Source: an uncultured Nitrospiraceae bacterium (GTDB lineage: Bacteria > Nitrospirota > Thermodesulfovibrionia > Thermodesulfovibrionales > SM23-35). Taken from it: a stretch of 64,000 bases of DNA. Positions 1 through 9,738 of this stretch are shown one piece after another (the first letter of the stretch is position 1; each line of letters starts with the position of its first letter). The DNA is taken from positions 83,583-147,582 of the forward strand of contig CAVRAA010000006.1 in assembly GCA_963718855.1 (NCBI GenBank). The letters are read 5' to 3'. The position numbers were made by a program, and so were the translations under genes. The notes below the pieces were generated by a model. It was given only the letters and a program-made list of their open reading frames with translations. It had not been told where the DNA came from and did not search any database.

Positions 1-811
1 CCATCCAGGCAGTCATGGCGCCGGCGACGTCGAGATCTTCCGTCGTGACCGGTTTTCCGCTTTTATCATAAGCGACGACAATCTTCCCCATGCGTTCACG
101 CATGTCTTTCAGATCTTTCGAAACCGCAAGGATTGCCATTATTTCAGAAGAGACAGCAATGGCAAATCCGGAATTCATCATGAACCCGTCGTTTTTGCCG
201 CCGATGCCGATTATGATATCTCTCAAGGACTGTGCACAGAAATCCATAATCCATTTCATCTCTACATTCCGGGGGTCGATATTCAGCCTTTTCAGTCTGC
301 GCTTTGAGAGCTGTTCGTCATTGTAATTGAACTCATGCTGCATACGTGAGGTGAGGGCGACCATGGCAAGGTTGTGGGCGTTCATGATGGCATTGATATC
401 TCCGGTGAGCCCGAGGGAGAACGGAGTCAGGGGGATGCACTGCGAAAGACCTCCGCCGGCTGCCGAGCCTTTAATGTTCATGGTAGGTCCGCCGGACGGC
501 TGGCGTATGGCGGCAATGACCTTTTTACCCCTTTTCCCGAGCCCCTGCGTTAGTCCCATAGTCGTCGTGGACTTGCCTTCTCCGAGCGGCGTCGGCGTTA
601 TCGCAGTGACATTAATATACTTGCCGTCCGGTCTGTCATGAAGACGGTGCAGGATGCTTTTGAAATCCAGCTTTGCGATGTAATGGCCGTGGGGCAATAG
701 CTCGCGGTCTTTCAGCCCCAGGCTCTCGGCTATTTTATACACCGTTTTCATCTGCAATTCCGCTGCTTCCGCAATCTGCCAGTCTGCATATTTCGTCGGA
801 TCAAGAGGCAT
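1..811 (-). CDS. fhs: Formate--tetrahydrofolate ligase, N-terminal part (gene continues past the window start)
   Basis: Own minus-strand translation from ATG 811..809 gives [34 protein letters not shown]-loop [20 protein letters not shown] lies at ~541-600. It is not in the ORF track because it is open at the window edge. Plus-strand ORFs 90..326 and 327..641 are antisense artefacts. Confidence 0.9.
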   Translation of the reverse strand, partial: MPLDPTKYADWQIAEAAELQMKTVYKIAESLGLKDRELLPHGHYIAKLDFKSILHRLHDRPDGKYINVTAITPTPLGEGKSTTTMGLTQGLGKRGKKVIAAIRQPSGGPTMNIKGSAAGGGLSQCIPLTPFSLGLTGDINAIMNAHNLAMVALTSRMQHEFNYNDEQLSKRRLKRLNIDPRNVEMKWIMDFCAQSLRDIIIGIGGKNDGFMMNSGFAIAVSSEIMAILAVSKDLKDMRERMGKIVVAYDKSGKPVTTEDLDVAGAMTAWM

Positions 812-832
812 CTTTCTACCCTCCCCTTTATA

Positions 833-950
833 AGTAGATAGTAGATAGTAGGTAGTAGATAGGAGAAAATATTTTTCCCCTACATGCTATCTACTACATG
901 CTACCTACTAAGTTTCCTACATAACTGCTACCTACTATTTACTACCTACT
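833..950. repeat. GTAGGTAG/CTACCTAC-rich imperfect inverted repeat plus direct repeat
   Basis: agtagatagtagatagtaggtagtagatagg (833-863) faces cctacatgctatctactacatgctacctacta (879-910). A second cctacataactgctacctactatttactacctact follows at 916-950. A related gaaggtaggaggtagtaggtagg occurs at 20442-20464. Confidence 0.6.
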
Positions 951-954
951 TGTT

Positions 955-1410
955 TTAGTAGCTGATAAGTGCGCTGAGGAACTTGTCGTTCATTCTCCTC
1001 AGATTTTTGCTCATAACGATTGCGATTTTTTTTACGAGGTACAGCGCGAGTGCGCAATCTTCTTCCATCATCCGGTCAACTTCTTCCTTTGGGATGAGCA
1101 AGAGATCGGTGTCTTCGAGGGCCACGGCTGATGCAACGTGTTTTCTGTTCTCGAGGATGGACAGCTCTCCGAAGAAGTGGCCCGCGGGAAGTACGACAAG
1201 GGTCTGTCTCCATCCGTCAGCAGTGACCCTGGAGATTTCGATCTTCCCGGAATTGATGAGCCAGAGCCCCTGCGTGTTGTCCTTTTCCTTGAAAAGCGGC
1301 TCCCCTTTTTTTACCGTAACCTGCTTGACGATTTTCGCTATTTTGGCGAGTCCTGCGCTGTCGATATCCTGAAGTAACACCTGCTGCTGTAATAATTCCG
1401 GTTTAATCAT
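955..1410 (-). CDS. Stand-alone cyclic-nucleotide-binding domain protein
   Basis: 151 aa with FGELSILENRKHVASAVALEDTDLLLIPKEE, a typical cNMP/CAP beta-roll signature. It is too short to carry a Crp/Fnr HTH. Confidence 0.75.
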   Translation of the reverse strand: MIKPELLQQQVLLQDIDSAGLAKIAKIVKQVTVKKGEPLFKEKDNTQGLWLINSGKIEISRVTADGWRQTLVVLPAGHFFGELSILENRKHVASAVALEDTDLLLIPKEEVDRMMEEDCALALYLVKKIAIVMSKNLRRMNDKFLSALISY

Positions 1411-1437
1411 GGTATTTCCTCCTCCATGCTAAAAGGT

Positions 1438-4180
1438 TTATCCTGTTGAATGCTGAAGGCCTTTCCCTTCAATTCGTTCTATCCTGACCGCGCAGGCCTT
1501 CAACTCGGGTATTTTCGAGATGGGGTCGAGCGCGGTATTCGTCAGCACATTCGCCGCGGCCTCACGGTAATGAAATGGAATAAAAACCATACCTTTTGCC
1601 GGACGACGGGATACCGCTGCCTTGAGATCAATGGCCCCTCTTTTCGATGATACCCGCACCATGTCCCCGTCGGTAATATGCAATCCACGCGCATCGTCAG
1701 GATGAATCTCAACATAGGCCGTGGGACATACGGTATTGATTGCCTCGACCCGTCTTGTCATTGAGCCTGTATGATACTGAAAAAGCTGTCTCCCTGTCGA
1801 GAGCAAAAAAGGATAGTCTGCATCAGGTATTTCTTCGGACGGTCTGAAACTCACAGCGGTGAATGAGGCCTTCCCTCTCGGGAACCCGCCCTTGAAAAGG
1901 TACTGAGTCCCGGGATGATCTGCTGTCGGGCACGGCCATTGAATACCTCCTTGCGCAATCCTCTTGAAGGTGATGCCTGCGAGGGCCGGCCAGAGTTTTC
2001 CCGCTTCCCGAAATATGTCTTCGATGGAATCATACTGCATTGCGTAACCGAGCCTTTTTGATAGTTCAGTGATGATGAAAGCGTCTTCTTTTGCTTCACC
2101 GGGAGGCTCGACCGCTTTTCTCACCCTTTGCACCATACGCGCTGTATTGGTGAACGTCCCATCCTTTTCGGCGAAACAGGCTGCGGGAAGCACGACATCC
2201 GCAAGTTCGGCTGTCTCAGTCAGAAAGATATCCTGTACGATCAGGAAATCCAGTTTATTAAGAGCAGCTATCGTATGGTTCATATCGGGATCACTGAGAA
2301 CAGGATTTTCCCCCATAATATAGAGAGCCTTGAGATGTCCTTGGGCAGCAGCCTTCGTCATCTCCGTTGCTGTCAGACCAATCCGGTCCGGAAGGTGAAC
2401 TCCCCAGGCCTTCCCGAATTTTCCCTTAACCCCGGCGAGCGTAACTTTCTGATATCCGGGATAAAAATCGGGGATGCATCCCATATCTGTCGCACCCTGG
2501 ACATTATTCTGGCCTCTTAGCGGATTGACGCCGGTGCTCTCTCTCCCGAGGTTGCCGGTCATGAGCGCCAGGTTTGCAATCGAAAAGACATTCTCCGTCC
2601 CGTGGGTATGCTGCGTGATTCCCATGGTGTAATAAATTCCCGGCCGCACCGCATTTCCATAAAGAAGCGCCGCCTTTATAATATTCTCCTTCGGAACTCC
2701 GGTAATCCGTTCCCCTTCTTCCGGGGTATAATCCTTCAGTGATTCCCTGAACGATGTGAATCCCTCTGTCCGCGTCTCTATAAATTTCTTATCGATGAGA
2801 TCTTCTTCCGCAATCACATGCATTATGGCATTCAGGAGCGCAACGTCAGTGCCGGGTCTGTGCTGGAGCCACAGACTTGAGAACCTGACGAGGTCGATCT
2901 TTCTCGGGTCTGCCACAATAAGTTCAGCCCCTCTCCTTACCGCTTTCTTCATCCGCAACCCGATGATCGGGTGTGTCTCCGTTGTGTTCGATCCGATAAC
3001 GAAGATGACATCGTGGTTTTCGATCTCGGGGATGGAGTTCGTCATCGCGCCTGATCCGAATACAGTGGCCAGACCGGCCAGGGATGAGCTGTGTCAGTAC
3101 CGTGCGCAGTGGTCGACGTTATTTGTTCCTATGGCTGCGCGCATGAACTTCTGAAACAAATAGTTTTCCTCATTGGTGCACCGCGCTGATGAAAGCCCGC
3201 CAATCGCGTCAGGGCCGTATGTGTCTTTTATCTCCTGAAGCCTCTGGGCGATATAATCGTATGCTTCGTCCCAGGAAACCTCTTTAAACAAGGATGAAGG
3301 ATGAAGGAGGGAGGATGAGTTTATTTCACACCGCTCTTTCGGGGCAATCCGGATCAACGGTTTTCTCAGTCTGTCCGGATGATTCACAAATTTATATCCG
3401 AACCGTCCTTTTGCGCAGAGCCAGCCTTCGTTAATGGAGTCCTGCACGCGAAGAGATCCTGACGATCTCGTTTCTCCGGATATGGAGGGTCAGACTGCAC
3501 CCGCACCCGCAGTACGGACAGACTGTTTCCACCTCTTTAAAATTTTGCCTCCCCTTATGCGCCCACATTTTTCCCGATAACGCCCCTGTCGGGCAGACTG
3601 CCACGCACTGGCCGCAGAATTCACAGTCGAGGTCTTTCTCGAAGGGCGGGCAGATCTTTGTTTTCATCCCTCTGTAGCAAAAATCGATGGCTCCGACCCC
3701 CTGGATTTCGTCGCATATTCTTACGCACTGGCCGCACATGATGCATTTTTCCATATCCCGTTCAACGAACGGATTGTTATCGGTTTTTGCATATCTTCTT
3801 CGCTCTCCTGAAAAACGGTTTTCCCTGATCCCGTAAAAATACGCAAGCTCCTGCAGTTTGCAGTCACCTGACCTCTCACATACCATGCAGTCGTTCGGGT
3901 GATCAGAGAGAAGAAGTTCAAGCGTCGTCTTCCTCAGTCTTTCAAGGTTCGGGCTTGTCGTGATCACGTCCATGCCTTCTTTTGCAAAGGTTGTACAGGA
4001 CGCGACCGGTTTTGGAGAGCCTTTGATTTCGACGATGCAGAGCCTGCAGCCGCCGAACGGCGAAAGTTCAGGGTGATGGCAGAGGGTAGGGACGGGAATA
4101 TCGAGCTTTCTTGCCGCATCGAGGATGGTCGATAGTCTCCTGACCGCGACTTTTTTTCCGTCTATTCTGAGGTTTACCAT
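1438..4180 (-). CDS. fdhA: NAD-linked formate dehydrogenase catalytic subunit (NuoG-like Fe-S N-terminus plus Mo/W-bisPGD domain), with a selenocysteine codon and one apparent frameshift
   Basis: Three track ORFs join into one gene (3431..4261, real start MVNLRIDGKK at 4180; 3094..3447; 1438..3045). TGA at 3094..3096 reads in frame as [30 protein letters not shown], the canonical FDH Sec motif. CPYCGCGC and its partner GWLCAKGRF fall in different frames around 3445-3448. Confidence 0.9.
3066..3080 (-). other. SECIS-like hairpin downstream of the fdhA UGA
   Basis: The minus strand reads UGA, then 13 nt, then UGGCC-GGUCU-GGCCA (5-bp stem, GGUCU loop). Position and G-containing loop fit the bacterial SECIS pattern. 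Confidence 0.7.
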
Positions 4181-4200
4181 ATATATCCGTTCGTCGTCTT

Positions 4201-5979
4201 TTACTCTTTCTTCACTGCCTTGAACTTGCATGCATCGAAGCATGTGCCGCATTTTATGCACATTTCCGCATCGATCCTGTGCGGCGCTTTCCGTGTTCCC
4301 CTCACCGCATCAGCAGGGCACACCCGCTTGCATGCTCCGCAGCCGTTACATATTTCTTCGAGGATGGAATAGGTGATTAAGTCCCTGCATACAGCGGCAG
4401 GGCATCGTTTTTCTCTGATATGGGCTTCGTACTCATGCCTGAAATACCGGAGGGTGCTTAGAACGGGATTGGGAGCAGTCATGCCCAGTCCGCACAATGA
4501 CGTTGCCCGTATATACTGTCCGAGCTCTTCGAGGAGTTCTATGTCTCCTTCCCTCCCGTTCCCTGAGGTTATCCGCTGCAATATTTCGAGCATCCGTTTT
4601 GTGCCTATCCTGCACGGCGTGCATTTGCCGCATGATTCCGACTGTGTGAATTCGAGGAAGAACTGGGCGGTATTGACCATGCAGCTTGTTTCGTCGAGGA
4701 CGACCATGCCGCCGGAACCCATGATCGAGCCGGCCTGTGCGAGCGATTCATAATCCACTTCGAGGTCGAGCAGCTCCGCCGGAACACAACCGCCTGAAGG
4801 GCCGCCTGTCTGCAGGGCCTTGAACGCCTTTCCGCCCTCGATTCCTCCACCGATATCGTAGACGATCTCACGGAGGGAAACGCCCAGAGGCACTTCGATA
4901 AGTCCGGTGTTTTTTACCTTTCCCGAAAGCGAGAAAACCTTGGTCCCGCCGCTCCTTTCAGTGCCGAGATTTCTATACCAGCTTGCGCCGTTCAGAATAA
5001 TCCGGGGGATATTTGCAAAGGTCTCGACGTTGTTCAGAACAGTGGGTTTGTCCCAGAGCCCCTTTTCCGCTGAGCGCCAGAGCTTGGGGCTTGGCATTCC
5101 GCGTTTTCCCTCGATGGAACGCATGAGGGCAGTTGCTTCGCCGCAGACAAACGCTCCCGCGCCCTGAAATATACTGAGATCAAAGGCGAAATCAGTGCCG
5201 AAAAGAGCGTTGCCGAGAAATCCCGCCTCATAGCATTGATCTATCGCCATCTGGAGACGCTTTACCGCCAGAGGATATTCTGCCCTTACATAGATATATC
5301 CACGATGTGAACCGGTCGCCTTCGCGCAGATGATCATGCCTTCGACAACCGAGTGGGGGTCTCCCTCCATCACGGACCGGTCCATAAAAGCACCGGGGTC
5401 GCCTTCATCTCCATTGCAGATGACATATTTCACATCAGAAGGTATCTTTAATCCGAGCTCCCATTTCACCCCTGTCGGAAAACCCGCGCCGCCTCTTCCC
5501 CGGAGATTGGACCTTTTTACTATTTCGACAATTTCACCGGACTCCATCGTGGTGAGGGCTTTTCGCGCGGCCTTATATCCGCCGACAGCCATATAGGCTT
5601 TGAGGTCTTCCGGATCGATCTCACCGCAGTGTGAAAGCACTACCTTCGTCTGTTTGTCGTGGAATGTGTGGTACTCCTTTTCAACGACCCATTCACTGAC
5701 AGGATTCCCGTTTATGATATGCTCGTCGAAAATACGCGTGACCATATCCGGCCTGATATGTTTATAGGTTGTTTTATCGCCGTTTATGACGATATCTACA
5801 AGGACGTCTTTTGAACAGAAACCCCTGCAGCCGACTTTTTCCACGGCGCATCGCTCATAAAAAGTAGCTTCAATGCCTGATGAAGATACGGCACGTTTAA
5901 ATGCAGACAGAACTTCAGCTCCGCCCGACGCGATTCCTCCGGTACCCGTACATACTTTAATAACAATATCTTTCGTCAT
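4201..5979 (-). CDS. NuoF/HydB-like NAD(P)H-binding flavoprotein subunit with a C-terminal 2x[4Fe-4S] ferredoxin domain
   Basis: 592 aa with GRGGAGFPTGVKWE (FMN/NADH site), ESCGKCTPCR (N3 cluster) and CNGCGACKRVCP...CIKCGTCFDAC. It lies directly upstream of fdhA in the same operon. Confidence 0.9.
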   Translation of the reverse strand: MTKDIVIKVCTGTGGIASGGAEVLSAFKRAVSSSGIEATFYERCAVEKVGCRGFCSKDVLVDIVINGDKTTYKHIRPDMVTRIFDEHIINGNPVSEWVVEKEYHTFHDKQTKVVLSHCGEIDPEDLKAYMAVGGYKAARKALTTMESGEIVEIVKRSNLRGRGGAGFPTGVKWELGLKIPSDVKYVICNGDEGDPGAFMDRSVMEGDPHSVVEGMIICAKATGSHRGYIYVRAEYPLAVKRLQMAIDQCYEAGFLGNALFGTDFAFDLSIFQGAGAFVCGEATALMRSIEGKRGMPSPKLWRSAEKGLWDKPTVLNNVETFANIPRIILNGASWYRNLGTERSGGTKVFSLSGKVKNTGLIEVPLGVSLREIVYDIGGGIEGGKAFKALQTGGPSGGCVPAELLDLEVDYESLAQAGSIMGSGGMVVLDETSCMVNTAQFFLEFTQSESCGKCTPCRIGTKRMLEILQRITSGNGREGDIELLEELGQYIRATSLCGLGMTAPNPVLSTLRYFRHEYEAHIREKRCPAAVCRDLITYSILEEICNGCGACKRVCPADAVRGTRKAPHRIDAEMCIKCGTCFDACKFKAVKKE

Positions 5980-6443
5980 TATTCGGATGTTTTCAGTTTC
6001 TTTACTTCTTTCATCAATTTATCGAGGGTCACTTTTCCGTGTACTTCATGATTGACAATCGTGACAGGGGCGATACCGCAGGCGCCGATACAGTTCACCT
6101 TTTCAACGGTGAATCTGTGATCAGCGGTGGTGTCGTCATCGGGAGGGATATCGAGTTCAAGGGAAAGCCTGTTTATCAGCCTTTCAGAACCCTTTACATG
6201 GCAGGCGGTGCCGCGACAGACGGTGATGATGTTTTTTCCCCTCGGCTTCAGGTGAAATTGAGAGTAGAATGTGGCAGTGCCGAAGAAACGACTTGCGGGA
6301 ATGTCGAGTTGTTTTGAAAACCAGGTTACTGCATCTTCAGGAATATAACCGAAATGGTGCTCGATATCCTGGAGGATAGTGATGATGTTTCCATCGTTTT
6401 CCTGATAGTGCTTCAGTATTTTCCAGAGAGTTTCTTCCATCAC
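5979..6443 (-). CDS. NuoE/HndA-like thioredoxin-fold [2Fe-2S] subunit
   Basis: 154 aa with CRGTACHVKG...CIGACGIAPV, the NuoE-type four-Cys pattern. Its stop overlaps the start of the NuoF-like gene. Confidence 0.85.
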   Translation of the reverse strand: MMEETLWKILKHYQENDGNIITILQDIEHHFGYIPEDAVTWFSKQLDIPASRFFGTATFYSQFHLKPRGKNIITVCRGTACHVKGSERLINRLSLELDIPPDDDTTADHRFTVEKVNCIGACGIAPVTIVNHEVHGKVTLDKLMKEVKKLKTSE

Positions 6444-6666
6444 AAAACCTGTTCTCGAACTATACCCTGAAAGAGATGTTTGAGGATTATGGTGAACACC
6501 TGTGCCCTATCTTAGCAAAAGGTAGCCCGGAAGGTAAATAAACCCCATACGAAGATTACCTATGGTATTATATCATCGCTGCAGCAGCGTTTGAGTTTGT
6601 GTACTTTATTGTGGTATAAAAATAAATTACAAGGATGCAGAATACAGTACAAAAAAGGAGATTTGG

Positions 6667-7644
6667 TTGAACAAAAAGGTTCATTCAGCATATCGCATCG
6701 TCCTCATTATTCTCTCTCTCGGTTTTTTATTCAATAGTACGTCGTATTCCGCCATCCTCCTTGACCGTGTCGTCGCGGTCGTCAATAACGAAGTTATTAC
6801 GTGGAGTGAACTCTACAAGATAATGGAATACGAATCATCCGAACAGGCAAAAAAACTGAACGACAATGAACGGGCGAAGATATTCAAAGAGAATGAGGCG
6901 GAATTTCTTGACAGGCTCATCGACATGAGACTGCAGATTCAGGAGGCCAATAACCTGGGGCTCACCATAAGTAAGGAAGAGGTCGCAGAGGCTGTTGAGA
7001 ATATTAAGAAGAAGTACTCACTGACCGATAAGAGCTTTGAGGAATCGCTCGGGAAAGAAGGGTTGACCTTTGACGACTATAAAAAGAAACTCTCTGACCA
7101 GATGCTCATCAGTCATGTTGTCAATAAACAGATCAGGTCCAAAATCGTCGTCGTTTCCGGGGAAGAAGTAAACAAATATGTTGAGTCCAGCGGGGAGCTG
7201 GCTATTGCCGAGGAATCGTTCCGGATTAAACAGATATTCATGAAAATTCCGAAGGACGAACAGGGGAGGACCCTTGTCGAGGAAAAAGCCGCTGTGATCA
7301 TGGGGCGTCTGAGGGCAGGCGAGGATTTTGCCTCATTGGCAAAGGAATATTCCGAAGACGCATCGGCAAAGCTCGGAGGAGACCTCGGATCTGTTAAAAA
7401 GGACCAGCTGGCGAAGGAATTCATCGAAGTGCTTTCATCCATGAAGGCCGGTGATGTCAGCCGTCCTTTCTGGACCGGGAAAGGACTGCATATTATAAAG
7501 CTTGAGGAAAAAGTTTCGGCGCGGACTCTCGATGAAATGAAAGAGGCTGCCAGGAGGCGATTGACGGAAGAGCAGTTTTCAGAGAAATATAAAAGCTGGC
7601 TGAAAGCCTTGCGCGAAAAAGCCCGCATTGAAATACGGCTATAG
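6667..7644 (+). CDS. SurA-like periplasmic chaperone / PpiC-type peptidyl-prolyl isomerase
   Basis: 325 aa with a TTG start and a signal peptide. The SurA N-domain starts ILLDRVVAVVNNEVITWSEL. A parvulin-like region reads GGDLGSVKKDQLAKEF...GLHIIKLEE. Confidence 0.8.
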   Translation: MNKKVHSAYRIVLIILSLGFLFNSTSYSAILLDRVVAVVNNEVITWSELYKIMEYESSEQAKKLNDNERAKIFKENEAEFLDRLIDMRLQIQEANNLGLTISKEEVAEAVENIKKKYSLTDKSFEESLGKEGLTFDDYKKKLSDQMLISHVVNKQIRSKIVVVSGEEVNKYVESSGELAIAEESFRIKQIFMKIPKDEQGRTLVEEKAAVIMGRLRAGEDFASLAKEYSEDASAKLGGDLGSVKKDQLAKEFIEVLSSMKAGDVSRPFWTGKGLHIIKLEEKVSARTLDEMKEAARRRLTEEQFSEKYKSWLKALREKARIEIRL

Positions 7645-7646
7645 CA

Positions 7647-8318
7647 GTGGTCGAGTTTGTTCCCCATCTGAAAGTCGGCGTCCTTGCATCGGGCAGGGGA
7701 TCGAATTTTCAGTCGATCATCGACGCTATTAAGGAGAACAGACTTAAGGCGAAGGTCTGCCTTCTGATCACCGACAACCCATCGGCATTTGCGATCGAGC
7801 GCGCCAGGAAGCACGGTATCGAACACCTTGTTCTGGTGCCGAAAGAATTTCCTTCAAGAGACGCTTTTTACATCGCGGCAGCAGAAGCATTAAAGCAGAA
7901 AGACGTTGGTCTCGTGGTATTGGCCGGATTTATGAGGATAGTCGGAAAACCGCTGATCGATGCATTCCCCAACAGGATCATGAACATCCATCCCGCGCTC
8001 CTGCCGTCTTTTCCTGGATTGCATGCCCAGAAACAGGCGATCGATTACGGGGTAAAGATATCCGGCTGTACCGTGCACTTTGTAGATGAGGGAATGGACA
8101 CTGGCCCTGTCATTATACAGGCTGCTGTCCCTGTGTACCATGACGATACCGAAGAGGCTTTGTCGGAAAGGATCCTGAAGCTGGAGCATAAAATATACCC
8201 TGAAGCAATCCGCCTGTTCTCAGAAGGAAGGCTGAAGGTCGAGGGGAGAAGAGTGAAGATTACCGGCGAGATGTCGCCGGAAGATCATATCGTCAATCCA
8301 CCGGTCATATTGCCATAA
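7647..8318 (+). CDS. purN: Phosphoribosylglycinamide formyltransferase
   Basis: GVLASGRGSNFQSII and NIHPALLPSFPGLHA motifs, GTG start. Confidence 0.9.
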   Translation: MVEFVPHLKVGVLASGRGSNFQSIIDAIKENRLKAKVCLLITDNPSAFAIERARKHGIEHLVLVPKEFPSRDAFYIAAAEALKQKDVGLVVLAGFMRIVGKPLIDAFPNRIMNIHPALLPSFPGLHAQKQAIDYGVKISGCTVHFVDEGMDTGPVIIQAAVPVYHDDTEEALSERILKLEHKIYPEAIRLFSEGRLKVEGRRVKITGEMSPEDHIVNPPVILP

Positions 8319-8447
8319 ATAAAGGGGCGGGTCTTTAATTTTGCAGATTGCTATAGACTCTGCTGCGTATAGAATATGATGGCACTCTTTGTTAAATAAC
8401 TGTACCGGGTTACGAAGGAAACCCAATCGAATGGAGTGTTAACGCAG

Positions 8448-8639
8448 CTAACGCCCCCCGGCTTTTATGAACTCTTCCCACCTCCTGCGCTTTTCAGGAG
8501 AAACAAATTCATTCACGAACCTGTTTGCATCTTCAAGCCACTGGAGTTTTGCCTCAGCAGAAAGTACCTGAAATTCTCTCAGTTTCTCTTTCGAAAGACG
8601 AAAACTGAAAGGCTCTCTTATCTCCCGGTCTGCATCCAT
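8448..8639 (-). CDS. Small hypothetical protein (63 aa)
   Basis: ORF only, charged helical sequence (AKLQWLEDANRFVNEF). I recognise no family. Confidence 0.35.
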   Translation of the reverse strand: MDADREIREPFSFRLSKEKLREFQVLSAEAKLQWLEDANRFVNEFVSPEKRRRWEEFIKAGGR

Positions 8640-9087
8640 TTTCGATTAGATCCTTTCCAAATCATCAAGGGCCGCTATGTCCGCAATGTCCTGCGGCCTT
8701 TGTGCCGCCATTTTCAACGTCTTTAAGTGTTTTTTTGAGATAACAGGTATTCTGAAAACAGGATAAGATTATATCACTGCCTATGGTAAATTTCCTGCGG
8801 GGCAAGAAGAAGCAGCGGATCGATCAGCAGATTGCGAATCTGTATCGCTTGCGGCTGTGTTTGCAGATTCGTTTCAGCTTTCAGCGGATCTCCGAGGTAC
8901 AAAGTGTCCACGACCTTTGGTAGTGAACACTCTGTAAAGCCGCTCCAACGCTGCATCTGCTCTCCTCTTACGAAACGTTTATGAATAAAGTGGGCTAATA
9001 ACTGTCTCACTCATCATTACATCAGATACGTTCTTTTTGTTCAAGGTTTTTTGCAGCCTCTCCTTTCTTATAGTAAGATATATTCAA

Positions 9088-9657
9088 ATGAGAATTTCCG
9101 GCGGCATTGCAAAAGGGCATAGGACTGCTTCGAAGAGCCTGTTCACAAAGACATCAGCCGGAGAACGGGTCCGGCCCACCTCTTCGAAAGTCCGTGAAGC
9201 TCTGTTTGATATAGTACGAAATCGCATCGAAGGCGCACGGTTTGTCGACCTCTATGCAGGGACTGGAACGGTGGGCCTTGAAGCCTTGTCACGGGGCGCC
9301 GGGTATGCCTTTTTTGTAGAACCGAATGAACTGCTGGTAAGTATGATTAACAAGGCGCTGCAGGATATCGGTTTTCCTGATAAGGCTGCTGTGCTGAAGG
9401 GAAGGGCGGATGAATTTCTCCTGAAGGCTGCGCTCCGCAATGAGCGCTTCGATATTATTTTCATCGATCCGCCGTATCAGTCATCAGAGATCGAAACAGT
9501 CCTTCCTTTAATTGGAGAAAAAGGTCTTCTCAGTGAAAACGGCCTTGTGATCGTCGAGCATTTTTTTAAAAAAGCCGTTCCCGACAAAGCAGGTTCGCTC
9601 ACCATTAACAGGACATACCGGTACGGCGATACGATGCTGACAATGTACAAAGCATGA
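9088..9657 (+). CDS. rsmD: 16S rRNA (guanine966-N2)-methyltransferase
   Basis: MRISGGIAKGHR...RPTSSKVREALFD...DLYAGTGTVGLEALSRGA...FIDPPYQ. ATG at 9088 was chosen over the track start at 9037. Confidence 0.85.
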   Translation: MRISGGIAKGHRTASKSLFTKTSAGERVRPTSSKVREALFDIVRNRIEGARFVDLYAGTGTVGLEALSRGAGYAFFVEPNELLVSMINKALQDIGFPDKAAVLKGRADEFLLKAALRNERFDIIFIDPPYQSSEIETVLPLIGEKGLLSENGLVIVEHFFKKAVPDKAGSLTINRTYRYGDTMLTMYKA

Positions 9658-9738
9658 TGCTCCGGACAGGGAAAAAACCCGTCTGATCAGGGCCGGTCTT
9701 CCAAAAGAATGCCCTGATAGTGTATATTTTTATATCTG

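Noticed and set aside
90-641. Plus-strand ORFs 90..326 and 327..641
   Set aside because: They lie antisense to a clear fhs reading frame (P-loop GEGKSTTT, canonical N-terminus) and have no recognisable motifs.
8646-8711. 21-codon ORF MAAQRPQDIADIAALDDLERI upstream of the 63-aa gene, as a toxin-antitoxin or nucleotidyltransferase remnant
   Set aside because: It is too short for any confident assignment. The resemblance to nucleotidyltransferase-type C-termini is only from memory.
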